DNA of 64,000 nt from Trichosphaerium sp. ATCC 40318 (GCA_038496445.1 JALMLS010000093.1:62001-126000); one strand, 5' to 3'; shown: positions 51,110 through 64,000, numbered from the stretch's first letter. Notes: generated from the letters alone by a model not told the origin. Program-made: numbers and translations.

Positions 51110-54100
51110 ATGTCCTTAACTGCAAAGTCAGTTTCATCTACAAAACCTATGGAACCAACATCACACCTAACAGCTAAACAGATTGCAAAGAGGCTCCGAA
51201 AGAAAAAGCGCCAAAACGCTTCAAATCCTAACAAGTGAGGTTCCACACGCTAAAAAGCTAGTAACACGAGAGTTTAGAGCATTGAGAGCTGAAAATACCG
51301 ACAGATATGATGAAGCGCCTCAAACAGTATTAGAATCGGATCAATCCAGTTCAGGGCTTCACGTCGTAAAGCTCATACATAAGAAAGGTCTAAAAGCTGT
51401 TGCGCGTAAATATAGCCTTAATACGCGCCGACACGCCATCTACACCAACCTGGTAGGCATAAGCGCCACTCCAATTAATTATTTATTCTCGAGTAGGTGT
51501 GCCTGAGCTATTCTCAGCTAGATTCTCCAATGGGCTCTCCAGTAACGCGAGAATGTAGAGGATTGGTAAAATGAAGCCACTAAATAGCATGTGACTTAGG
51601 GATTTAGGTACTTGACGAAAAAGCGGATTGGGCTGTTGTCTGCTTTCCCTACTCCAAGTTCTTTAACTTCCAAGAGCGACACGCACACAACATAGACTGG
51701 ACAACAGCACGGTACAATATGAATTGCTGATGAACGACGATTGAAGTTGATTTTTGTAGGGTTTTCGAGAAGCTAGATGGACGTATTATGAACGTCTACT
51801 GGTACGATAATAAATGGCACGTATCTAGCAACCGGGTACCAGACGCATCCGGTGAGATACAGGTAATAACTATCTATAAAACTACTTTATTGTTGATTTG
51901 AGGAAACTGACTTTTATGAAGATGACATCAGCGTCAACAGGTGCTAAAGTATCGTCTAAATTATCAACATTATTCTGGGATACTTGGAAGGATATAGGAT
52001 ACAAAATGCCGCAAGATACAACGTGCTGTTATATGTTTGAATTGGTTGTAGTAGACGCTTCAATCATTGTACAATACAAAAAAGATGATATCATATTTCA
52101 TGGGGCTCGTAAGCTGGATGCAACACTACAAGAGCTAGACCCACGTACCATCAAATTCTTGGTGTTTGTTTTGTTAAGTATACCAATAGGTACTATTGCA
52201 AAAGATAATGGGTGGTCTTGTGCTAAGCACGTGGAGGGGTTGACTTGTCTAGAAGGTATGGAAAAAAAATAATACGAGACTAAAACAGTAATACATGTCA
52301 ATAGATGTTGTTCAAGCTGCCAAAATATTGGATCCTCTGCAAGCAGAAGGATATGTTGTATGCGATGCTAAATTTAATAGAGTGAAAGTAAAGGCACCTA
52401 GCTATGTCGCACTTCATCATTTGTCGCACCTTAACAACAAGGAGACTAAAAATGAACGACGAGTAAGAATTGTCATTTGTGTTTTTTTGGATTCGACTAA
52501 CAACCACGTGTTGTAGATACTAGAAGTCATTCGTCACAATGAATCCGACGAATTCTTAGTGTATTATCCACACTTTAAAAAGGCGTATCAAGAAATAAAA
52601 GAGCAGTATGATGCGCTTGTAAGTGATGTACAAGAAGCATATGGAGGAGATAAATCTTCGAGCTATCTCAAAGCAATATTGGACTACATGCAAACATCCA
52701 ATGTTACAAGTGCTAAAATTTAAGACCCTATATGATATCATATTATGGACTAACACATCCTTTTTTCGTAGAGCAGTTCGAGACATGGAGCTGTCTGTTA
52801 TTGAAAAGGTAGGAATCACAAACAAAAAGCCTCATTTAGCAACAAACTAAAATATCTAAAAACTAGGTCCTCAGTGACTCCTATAGACCAGAATCACACC
52901 GTGAAGTGAATGATGATGATAGAGAAGTTATAAAAGAGGTACTAGTACACAAATATAGATACAAAACCTGACATGTGCACCCAGCTTGAATCAATAGTAC
53001 AAAAAGTGGAAAATTATAAGAATACAGGAAACAACAGAGATGCAACTTTTTCTCACGTGACAAAGGCTTATGACGCATTTTTTAAACACAATGAAATATC
53101 AAGCAGTACACGACCACTTATAGAAAGAATATTTTCGACAGCACAATCCTGCAAATGGACCAAAAAACAAAGGTCTCAGATAAAAGCTATTTCACAACAT
53201 ATCATAAAGTCAGCTGTTGGAAGTGGCGCTAAACAATCTGCTTCCTATAAAACAATTACAAATCGTCTAGAAATAGCAATGACAACATTACTTGCAGGTC
53301 CCTTAAAGTTTTCAGCGAACAAACGGAATCAAATCCTTGCGGAACGACTTAAGCTCGAACAAATCTTATCAAAACACTTTGAAGGCGCGAAACTATCATT
53401 CTTTGGTTCATTTGCTGCAAATCTAGCAATGTACGCAACCCCTCCCAACAAAGCGATCAACCTAGCTTGAAGTGCTCACCATATTTAGTGAGACGTCAGA
53501 CGTGGACTTGTGCATAAAAATACCTGACGGCGATTCCACAACAACCACTTCAGATTTCTGTAATATTTGTGCGGAACTGTTAGAAAAAGCAGGGTACGTA
53601 CACATCCAATGTGTAGATAATGCAAGAACACCGATAGTCAAGTGTGAAACAAAAGAAGGACTACAGATAGATCTTAGCATGGGCAATCATCTTGGAACAC
53701 TCAAAGCAGAACACTTGCGTTTTTTTTGCAATACGGATCCAAGGTTTAGGAAATTGGTCCTAGTTATCAAGCATTGGGCACAAAAGAGGCAAATTAATAC
53801 GTAAGTTATGCTGTAGCCAGTCAATCAGTTTTGCTTTTTATTCTCTGAAGCGCTTATTTACTTTGTTTTAGGCCTCAGACTATGACGTTGAATTCATATG
53901 TCTTTGTTCTAATGACAGTTTACTATCTTCAACATGCATGTGGTAAATACCCAGTACTACCTACATTACCTGTCTGTGGGTCTCAAGTACGACAACCGTT
54001 TTCTTTTTGAGAAGTTTGATTTATTTGTTTTCAAAGGAAAAGGCAACGGTTCAAATGTTGAGAGGACAAACACGTACCTTATTTAAAAATAAGAATGTTG

Positions 54101-54619
54101 AAGAATTGTTTCCACTGTACGCTTATAGAAAGCAAGAGAGAACACAAAACTCTAGCAACACTGTACGAGATATCGTACAAACCAAAGTAATCGTATACAT
54201 ATAGGGAGATTTGTTGTTAGGTTTCTTTAAGCACTTTGCCACAGAATTCGATTTTGATGGCGATTGTATTAGTGTTAGATGCGGTCATGCGATACGAAAG
54301 GAAGATAGTGCTATGGCGTTGACATCAACACCACAAGATTTTTGTGTGGAAGATCCTTTCATAGTAACTCCTTTTTCAAGTTAAACAACATGCAGCTAAC
54401 CTAACTCTTTAGCTTCCCGAAAATTGTGCTAGAACCGTATGCAGTGATACAATGAAACGAATAAGGGCGGAATTTTGTCGTGCATACATTTTATTATCAC
54501 GTGGCCAACCTTTTCAAGAGGTTTGTAAAGTACGCATACCATACATACCATTACGCGCTCACACTTTCATAGCAACCAACAGCAAAACTGACAAAACCAG
54601 AAATTCAAAAATGGCTTAA
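51110..54619 (+). CDS. T4 Rnl1-like RNA ligase fused to Cid1/TUTase-family nucleotidyltransferase
   Basis: Ligase: RECRGL, PYSKFFN, EKLDG, YMFEL, EGYVV, RVKVK. Transferase: FGSFAANLAIETSDVDL, NARTPIVK, IDLS, IKHWAQKRQIN, LNSYVFVLM, EDPF..N. Confidence 0.8.
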
Positions 54620-54706
54620 ATCCGTACAATAAATCAGGAAGTTAGTGAACAAAACAAACAAGTCTGGGAGATAGTTTACACTTTTTTTATTGGTTAATAA
54701 GGGGAG

Positions 54707-57700
54707 TTAGTTTCTCTCCTTCAAAATTGACACCTTTACAATCGACACAGTAGTCAAGGATTCTGTAAGAGCGTTTCCGAGTACGCGTGTGATTGAAGCC
54801 AAAGTTTCATCTTGATCATTGTCTCTTTCTACAGAAGAAGCCTTTACGGAAACCAGGATCTTAAGTTGTGTTGATAGATTTCTGAGCCTGTGTGCGTATT
54901 TAATGAGTTTATCCTGGTACATTGGGTTCTTGGCAGCAACGCGACCAGCGAGCTCCTTCAAGTACTTCATGAGTTTGTTGATTTGTGCAGCAACAGCACG
55001 TGCAGCTACAATCATTTCCTAAACAGAACTAGTGAGCACGTGGAGAATGGTCGGAGGATAGCATACCTGGCGTTTACCAGCTTTGGCAGCAGCGGCCAAA
55101 CGGGCAAGAGCCTCAGCGAGACCTTGTGATTCAGCTGGGTCGTTGCACTTGTTAACTGCTTGACGCACATCCCATGCGACACGTTCAATAACCTCTTCGA
55201 AAGTGTTGCCAACAGGTGGAGCCTAAACCATAAACCAGTCAGTACAGCTCCTTTCTATTTTGTGTCTTTGATAAAACGTACATCAGCAACTGCCATCTCA
55301 ATTGGTGGGCTGTCATCGAGAGCAGCCATGAGGGAATCGATAGATTGCGCTGGTTTGTAACCACCAGGGTTTGTGCCTTCAAGTTCACGGAGTGCTTGAT
55401 CCAAATCCATAGCGTTACGGGCCTTGTCGGATGTGCCAGGACCTTGATCCTTAGCCCAGTCAAGGCTAAAGTCCATCAAGTTACCGAGGGCATCACGTAG
55501 ATCCTAACGCATAACAATTAGCGGCAACATCAAACTTGTGATTCTCGGATAAAAACGTACTTGAGCAGCATCTAACAATGACATTGGGTCCATGTCCTCA
55601 CCGAGGTCTCTCAATGAAGCCATGATGGATTTGCATTTAGCCTTAGCTCTAGAGAAACGTATTAGTCTAATCTCTTCTTTGGGGTCGTATTAAGTGTGGG
55701 AAAAGCGGCAAGTACCTGATAAGTTCATCCTTATCATCAGCGTCAAGACCAGCTTGGAGGTCGTCCAACAAATCGTGGATCTTGTCTGATTGCTTAGCAA
55801 CGCTTGGCTTATCAGCAGCATCTTTTGATTGTAAATCGCGTCCAGCTTGTTCTAAGGCGTCGGCAATCTTGGCGAGGTTGTCCTTCTTGTGTGGAGGAAG
55901 AGCACCGAGGATACTTCTTACAGCATCAGCAACATCCTTTGTATCTCTGACCAATTCATCCTTGGCTGGTCTAACGTTACCGTTATCGCGAATAGCTCCC
56001 TTCAAGTCAGCGTGATCTTTCTTGGCCTTAGCGATTTTAGCAGCAATGTCACGGTCAGTTGTTGGTTGCAACAACTTTTTGGCGAGGGCGAGTGGGTATC
56101 CCATCCTGTCTGCGTCTTCGGCGACCTTCTTCTTCTTGTCGTCATCGTTTGGATTCTTCAAAGCGTCTTTGCCGTCGTTAACGATTTGCCTGACCAAGTT
56201 TGGTACGGTCTTCAAGGCGTCTTGTAGATCCTTTTTCAATCTTTGATCTGGTTCAGCGGCAACCATGGCGTTCAAGGCTTTTGTCTTGTCGACTAGGTCA
56301 CGAGCATTTTCTCCGAAACCTGGGGCGTCGTTACGGCGAGCGGCGTCGTCCAATCTGTTTAGGGCGTCTTCTACATCCTGAACAGCTGCGACCTTTGGTG
56401 CGTTGATCTCTTTGATGGCATCATCTTGAGCTTTTTTCAATTTGTTAGCCCAATCGTTCCAATCGTCGTTAGTCTTCTTGTCCTTTGGGTTATCCATCAT
56501 TCTATCCTTACCAACACCAAATTTCTGGGAAAGTATGTTAACATTTGAATAATAAAAAAGTGAGTAAACTGTTACCTTCCAGAGTCTTTTGAGTTCATCC
56601 ATAGGATCAGTGTCATCAGTAGGTAAGAACTTAATAGGTCCCTTACGTCTACGGTAGGCACGTTTGAAATCATCGCCGGCTTTGTTAAGGTCACGGAAAC
56701 CATCACGCATGCTAGGCAAATCAGTTAGATACAGAACGAGTGGTTACTAAGGTTCGTACCCATTTTTATCACCTCTGGCAGCAGCACCTCTGATACGGTC
56801 CATAGCTTCATCACATCTCTTCTTAGCATCACGCATAGTTTTTTCTTCAGGGACAGGGGAAGCAGCCTTGCCAGCGCGGTCAGCAGCCTTTTTGAGTTGG
56901 CGTCCGAGGTCGTCAACTTTATCAAGTTTGCCTTCGTTGTTAGGGTCATCGAGAGCATCGCGGGCAGCACGAGCGTATGCTGGCACGAGTTTGTTGACCT
57001 CATCAGCAGCCTTCAACAAATCTTTGGCGCTTTGAGGATCGTAGGCTTGCATTGCGCCAGCTACGCCTTTAGCCTTGTTGGCCAAGTCGCGAGCAGCGGA
57101 GCCCAATTCCTTGGTTGCAGAAGCAGCGGCTGGCTTGTCATTGTCGTGAGCAGCATTACCGAGTTTCTTTGCGGCGTTCTTGATGGCTTCAGCGGCGTAT
57201 GGAACTTCGTCTTCAGGGTTGAGTGCGGCGTCGTGAATCTTTTGCATTGGGTCTTCCAACTCTTGGGCGACTTGCTTGATTCTCTTTGGGTTTTGCTTGT
57301 CACCAGGGTTGTCACGGGCAGTCTTGATGGCATTGTCGAGTTTAGGACCGAGTCTAGCCAACTCGTCAACAGCACGCATAACATCGGCCATCTTTTTCTC
57401 GTCGTCATCGAGTTTTCCTTGCAAGGCATCCTTCAAGTCTTCAAGACGCTGAATAAGAGCGTCTGTGTCATCAGCACATTGCGCCTTCTTGGCTGGATCG
57501 TTTGGAGCGTTAATTCTAGCATGCAAGGTAAGCAATAGCTCTATCTTATTTATTCAAACCGCCAACTACATACCTGTCCTTGATAGCACCAAGTTCCTTT
57601 GGCATTTGCTTCTCGACTTGGTCCAAGCATCCATTGATCAAATGTGTTTGTGCAGGATCCTCACATTTCCTTGCAGCATCTCTGGTGAGTTTGCTTACGT

Positions 57701-60700
57701 CCTTACCTGAAGTCCAAAGTCAGCGATACAATTGGCAATGGGGCGGGGGTTTAAATAAATGTACCTTGTGGAGCTACTTTAGCACCTTGTTTCTTCAATT
57801 TTGGAAGATCTGGTGGGTTTTTGTCGCTTGCGTTGTCGACTTTGTTGAGGGTCTTGATGAGCTTATCAATAGCACCAATTGGTTCCGCATTGGTTTGGTC
57901 AATCAAGTCTTGGAGTGCACCCTTTACCTTGGCTGCATCGCCAGAAATTTTATTGGCTGGTGCCTTGTTGTTAACATCTTTGGCGAGTTGACCCATAGCA
58001 TCAGCCAGGTTGTCAGCAGCTGCAAGCGCGTTCTTAGCGTAAACAGGAGCATCTGCACGAGCTGCAGCCATCTTAGTCTACAAAGATATTCAGTCAAACT
58101 ACTTGGTAAATAAGATATTCATACCCTGCCACCAATGTCACCAACAAGATCGTCAATCTCATCCTTGAGTTTCTTGACCTCTGGTTCGTTGCCAGCACGT
58201 TTGGCGGCATCCAAGTCAGCGAGCTTTTGCATAGCCTTCTTGGCTTGGTCAGCGATGGAGTCAGGTGTTACGCCATCAGCGAGTTCATCAACCAATGATT
58301 TTAGACCGTCTGTATCATTATCCAAAACACCAGCTTTGAAACGATCGTTTGGTGAGTCTACCAAGTCCGTTGCAGCGGCAATTTGAGCTGGGAAAAGGCG
58401 ATCAATATCATCAATGGTGTCGTAAACTGCGTTTTTGCGTTGTGGGTCATACAAATCATCAGCCTTTTTCAAAATAAGTCAGTCGTTAAATTAACAAACA
58501 GTTTTAACAATTACGTACATAGTCCTTGGCGCGATCTTTGTATTGGTCAAGTGCTTGTTTTGCGTCTTCGACCTTATTCTTAAGTTCAGGCTTGTCACCC
58601 TTCTTAGCAGCATCTCTGACGGCATCCAACTTTTTCTTGGCTTCCTGTACGGCAAAAACATTAACTACAAGCCAATAACAAAACAAAATAACTAAAAACG
58701 TACCTGAGCAGGTGCATACAATGGTGAAATATCACCAGCGTCACTGTTAGGATCCACACCCAACAAGGCGTTCTTGAGCTTGTCAAGGATGTCCTTAGTG
58801 TCATTGCAGTCGTTTGCAAGACCCTTCTTCTTTGGTTCAGAGTTTGGATCACGCAATACATTGTCAACTGCTCTTTGATCCTTTGGAACTTGTCTAGCAA
58901 GGTCATTCAAGGCTTGCTCAACTTTGCGACGTTGTTGAGGATCAGGCATTTTGTTGGCATAATCCTTGCACAAGTCTTGCACATTACGGTGGTGCTTTGG
59001 TACGTCGTTCTTGCCCACTTGTTGGAGTTTATCTTGATCACCTGCTGCAGCGGCTTGTGGTACTTTATCCATATCCTTGCGTAATTGATCGATGGCAGAG
59101 AACGGATCGCCCTAATTACACTGTAAGGTACCGTTTTTTTGGGTGTAACAAAAAGCGTACCTGCAATGCGTTGCGCAAATCATCCAAAGCATCCATAGCC
59201 TTTTGGTTTTTATCCATGTATGGGGAAATGTTGCTTGCGTCTGGTCTAGCCTGTATCCCAAGTTTAAATAGACAAAACAAAAGAAAGGTTACAATACCTG
59301 CACTCTATCTGCTGCATTCTTGGCATCAGGGACAGCACGTGAAACTGCGGCGATAGCATCATTAATGCGCTTCTTTTGACTAGGATTAGGTTCCTTATCA
59401 GCAGCAGCGCGAGAGGCATTAAGGACATTGTTATTTTGTCTTGGAATCTTGTCATTGCCAGCTCTTAATCCATCCTTGTCCACTGGTTGTTGACGAGCAG
59501 CGTCACCCATGTTGTCCAAGGTACGCATCAATTTGTCGATGGCGTCCAAAGGATCTTCAGGACGTCCGCGAAGAGCGTCATCCATGTCATCAAGCATATC
59601 TTTAACCTCAGCAGCGTTGTTTGCTAATTTATCGCGTTTGTAAGGGTTGTTAGGATCACGCAAGTAATCTTGGGCAGCCTACGATAATGTTATTCTTCAC
59701 GTTAACAACAACGAGCACTTGCCTTCTGCATCTCTGGGAAAGTATTTTCAAAGTCACCAAGGGCATCCTTTGCCTTTTGTCTGTTACCGGCGTCTGGTAT
59801 CTGATCGAGGACTTGGCGAACCTTGTCTTGTACAGCACTAAAAAAAAGGTGAATACAGCACTTCAATAGAGTATTTTGTACCGTCCTAGTGGAGCAGCGT
59901 CTTTTACCGAATCCTTTACTTGACGTGGATCGTCAGTTTTGGCACCACGCTCAATGTTGTCGAGAGCTTTTTGTAGACTAATGATCTTTAGCCGTTTTTT
60001 CGTAGTTTTGTAGTTTTGAAGAAAAAAAAAAAAGACGTACGGAGAAATGGACTCAAAAGGATTTGGGTCGTAACGTGGTGCGTAGTCTTGACCAGGCATT
60101 TGAGATAATTTCATGTCCTTTGGGAAGTCGGTCCTTAAAGCGTAATTGAGCGAACGTAAATTAATAAAGAGCAATTAATTACCTGTTATCTTCGAGTGCT
60201 TGTTTAGCGTCACGAATACCGTCCTTTAACCCATCGATGGCGTCCTGCACTTTTCGTTGTTTGCGAGGATCTGTAGGTTGTGATAATAAATCATTAACGT
60301 CGTTAATAAGTCCTCTGGCGCCATTGGCCAGCTTTTGTGCCAAATCCTTCAATTTTTGTTTTTCTATTGGACTCTCCTCATCGTTTGCTTTTTGGTTGAG
60401 CCATTGTGCCATTTGGTTGGCTTTAGAGGCGAGGTCGGAAGCATCATTTGCGAAACCTTGTGGATCCGTGCCAGCGCGAATAGGGTCTAACTGATCGAAT
60501 CCCTCAAGCAACTGTTCGGCAGTAGCAAAGAGTCTCTTTAGCTCAGCGCCATAAACAATTTGTAAAAGTTTAATTGTTTTGCCAGACATGATACGACAAG
60601 CTTCAACTAAGCCTTCCCAACCCTATCAAATTATTAGAAGCGCATTCATTAGATATTTTCCAAAACGTTAGAATTGCCAAACAACCGAAATTTTTTTTTT

Positions 60701-61417
60701 GGCCCAACTTGCAAATGTGGTTTGGCCTAAAAAGAAGATGCAATCAATTTACCTTCTTTCTGTCGCTAGTACTGCTTAGTGCACGTATTGCATTGCTCAT
60801 AGTGTCTATTGACACTTCCACTTTGCTAGCAGCGTCATGTATCTCTGCCTTTATATCTGGGAATGCTTTGTAGTTGTTGTCTGCGAGACTCCGCGCAATT
60901 TTGACGAGTGTGGCTAGGAAGGTCATTTGTCAGGAAGTGTACAAAACGGCAAAAAAAAAAACTAACCGGCGGTTTTAAGCACAACCTGAGCGGCTTGTGG
61001 TAGTTGTGGTGGTACTGGGGCATTTTGTTCTTGAAGAACAACAACCATGAGTACCAGTTGTGATATGCCATCGGAAAGGTCATCGATGATCTTTTGAACT
61101 ACGAGAGGAGTAAATTGAGAGCCTCGGGAAAGAAAAGTTGTTTTTGTTCGCTAAACGGCCACAATACAGCGGCAATTAACGCAACGATACTCATCATAAC
61201 AGTCATGTGTACAGTTGCAGAAATACAGCACAGCTGACAGATGAACTTCGATGATATCGACGCTAGCGTTGTAACCGTAATTTTTTGCATAAAAAAGGGT
61301 GTCCAGTGCAACACAAACACTCATGGCGTTATTGACGTATAATTGGAGAGGGACGTTACGCCAACAAAAAAAATTGCTTGGATAGCTGCGCGTACCTATT
61401 TGTGCGACGCTAGACAT
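54707..61417 (-). CDS. Giant vinculin/alpha-catenin-family protein with expanded helical-bundle repeats
   Basis: Head IIDDLSDGISQLVLM; about 10 internal bundle repeats; vinculin-tail signature LSTQLKILVSVKAS. Confidence 0.82.
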
Positions 61418-61955
61418 TCTTCTTCACACGTGAATCGTTGCTTAGGTTGTCTGCACTTGTTCCTTTTGGGTTTTTTAGTTCAAGCAAAGTCTCAAGACCA
61501 ACACAAACAATAGAAACGCTACACGTTAACGGTGAAATTGCAGTGTCATACTGTAAGAACAACAGTTGGGTAATGTCGCTATCAGCTCCTAGCGCCGTTT
61601 TTCCTAGCGCTACTAAAGGCCGTTAGTTGAAGCGTTTAGTGAGACGCAACTCTTTGACGTGAGCAGCGGAATAAAGAAAAAAAAAGCTAAAACTAGTTTA
61701 TGTTCGTTTTGCCGTTCTCAAGCTTCTACCCCACGGTTATTTTTTGTACACCCACAATACATAAGGCGCATTCGGCTTGTCGGGTTGTCACGCACGTGTC
61801 ACATTGTACAAAAAAAATATCTCTAAAACAAGTCGGTCTGCTGAACTCCATGATTGCGCGTTGCCAAGTGCTAAGCGGAGTGTGATTGAATTCAATTGTG
61901 CTTTTTATTCAAATTTCAGTTATCAAGGAGGCATTGCTAAAAGGAAGACAGCAAT

Positions 61956-64000
61956 ATGTCTTCTGCTCGGTTCAATACGATGAAAAATGTTACACCGCCC
62001 AAGCCGCCACGGCTAGGGGCTAAAATTTCCTCCAAGGACTGGGAAGCTTTATGCGAGATAAAAGCCAAGATTGTTAGACTCAGGACCACACGTGATAGGT
62101 TCAGATCGTTGCTAGAACAACGTAGAAAGATCTTAGATACCAAAGTACAAAACAGACAAAAAGTAAATGAGCGCATAGAAGAGGAGACAGGCAATTTTAT
62201 TGATATTATTCAAAAAGAAATGAAGAGCAGTGAAATCAACACACCGCCACCAAAGCACACGCGTGGAGGCAGGCGGAATCTTTCATTTAGGAAGAATCAT
62301 CATAGCCTAATAATAAGGTAAAAAGGTAACATTAGATTTTTTTAGTTTTCTGTTAAAGTTTGTTTTTTTTTGCTCCTCCTTGTTTTTCATTATTTTTTTT
62401 TCCCCTCTGGACTGCATTTTATTGCAACCAACGCGTGTACGAGCATACTCGTGCATTATATGACCCGTTAAGAGGTCATTTTACTGGTTGCGCCAGAATA
62501 CTCGTTGTAAACAACGAAAACCAACTCTAATAATCCAGTTTCAACGTGTACTACTTTTTTTTGAATTCTTTTGGTGATTATAGCCATCGGAGGTCTCTTC
62601 ACACTAGATCAGCGCCTTACCGCTCCAATACAATTTAACGACCTTTAGCAAGCACGACATGGAAGAGTTTAATAAAAAGCATTTTAAAAATAGAGGGAAG
62701 GATGCGAAAAGTGACTCAAAAGATTCTGATGGTGGTAGTGATGCGGTAAATAACTCTTCAAGGTAATTGCAATTGTGGGTTTGGTAGTTTTTGCGCCTAA
62801 TCATTAATAGGCGCGGTAAGTTTACCTTCTCCATTGGCTCTACAGTGCCAGTGCGTAGTTCAACGGAAAGAGAGTTCACAGTACGAGTAGATTACACACC
62901 GAAATTCTAATTGGGATCTAGTCATACTTGGTTACCGTATCTTACCCCAACATGCAAACCAAGACAATTCTACGTCGTTTCCGCCAGTTTGTAACGCTTC
63001 ACAATGCGGTAAGACCATTTTTGTGCAATGTTTTACCTCTGTTTTTGGTTGCTTGTCACGTAAGAATTATTCTAATTTTGCTTTAATTAGGTGTCAAAAC
63101 GATTTCCTGATTTGAATTTGCCACACTTTCCTAAGAAACGGTTAATGGGTAACCTTAGCAATACGTTGGTTGAAAAGCGTCGCCAAAAACTAGAAGTGTA
63201 CCTTCACTTTGTATCAAGTTTGGCAGGTATTGAAGACTTTTTGGCGTTTCAAACGTTTTTGGGCGGTGATTTACGTCAGCGTGGCATTAAAAAAAAGAAA
63301 AGGAAGCACATGTTTTCTATGGGAAGTACTCAAGATAGTAGTGATTCAGATTTTTCTGATGATGATGGTACACTCTTTGTTTTCATCCGGCATTTGAAAT
63401 TAAATTATTTACTTTTTGTGGTTTTTTTTTTTTTTTCAAATAAGAATTAAACCTTGTTTTTGTAGATTATTTAACGCCTGAGGAGCGTGAGAAGGTGTTG
63501 AATAAAGAAAAGAGAATTCTAAAGGTTGAAGGGTATTTGAGACTTTTGGATAGCTCAATTGAGAAGCTTAAAGCGATAGAACGTAAGTTTGGAGTAGTTC
63601 GTTGTTAATTCATTAATTTTTGTGCTTGTAGGTTGCTTTCAACAAGTTCAAGAAAAGGAAGATTTTATCCCATTGTCCGAGTACTCCAAACTAGTTGTAC
63701 AAATAGGTCGTCACCTGGAGAACCGCGACCCAGAGCCTGATTTGGTAGCAAAAGACATGACACAAGAACAGGCGGCCAAGATTAAAAACCCAAGAATTCG
63801 CAGTATTCGCATGAAAATGACGCCTGCAATCGCAGAGATTATTTCCAAGTTGTCTATGCTTAAAGGAGAGCTGTTGAATATTGATATGCCGGATGACGTG
63901 GTTCAGGACTTGATGGAACTTGTCAAGCGCACAGACGAAATTGTGAATTCTGTCAGTTTGGTTGTGCCCGTTGTAGGCTATAAGATTGAATCAGGCACCG
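61956..64000 (+). CDS. PX-domain protein with coiled coils (3' end runs off the window)
   Basis: ILRRFRQFVTLHNAVSKRFPDLNLPHFPKK..VEKRRQKLEVYL..FQTFL. Confidence 0.85.

Noticed and set aside
55782-58386. Long plus-strand ORFs (e.g. 56897-57538)
   Set aside because: Antisense shadows of the codon-biased vinculin-like gene
61098-61395. Long first intron of the vinculin-like gene with ATGATGA (box C-like)
   Set aside because: No downstream CTGA box D within the intron
1-64000. tRNA, rRNA, CRISPR, telomeric repeats, transposons
   Set aside because: No T-loop/cloverleaf, spaced direct repeats or TE coding motifs recognised by eye

Overview
AT-rich, gene-dense eukaryotic genomic DNA with many short (~40-100 nt) spliceosomal introns; the gene content (Zn2Cys6 factor, vinculin-like protein, stand-alone filamin repeats, W-rich repeat family) suggests an amoebozoan-like protist, which is inference only. 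I reconstructed about 22 genes by eye across introns, so boundaries are approximate: GPATCH11-like, VWA protein, Cys-rich secreted protein, HspBP1/Fes1, FATP, a divergent pair of tryptophan-rich repeat genes, SF3B1, filamin-repeat protein, Zn2Cys6 factor, seipin, Vps39/TGFBRAP1, secreted beta-propeller, 4-TM protein, F-box-like/MORN-variant protein, GNAT, SLY1, dihydroorotase, a giant vinculin-family protein and a PX-domain protein. The top finding is an apparent single gene (51110-54619, +) fusing a T4 Rnl1-like RNA ligase to a Cid1/TUTase-family terminal nucleotidyltransferase, a candidate one-protein 'add nucleotides then ligate' RNA repair or editing enzyme; the fusion depends on one unresolved splice junction. 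Other signals: ~9-10-fold enrichment of CACGTG, a DHOase fused to a small uncharacterised domain, GC-AG introns, a candidate U12-type GT-AT intron and a U11-like sequence. No tRNA, rRNA, CRISPR array or transposon was recognised.
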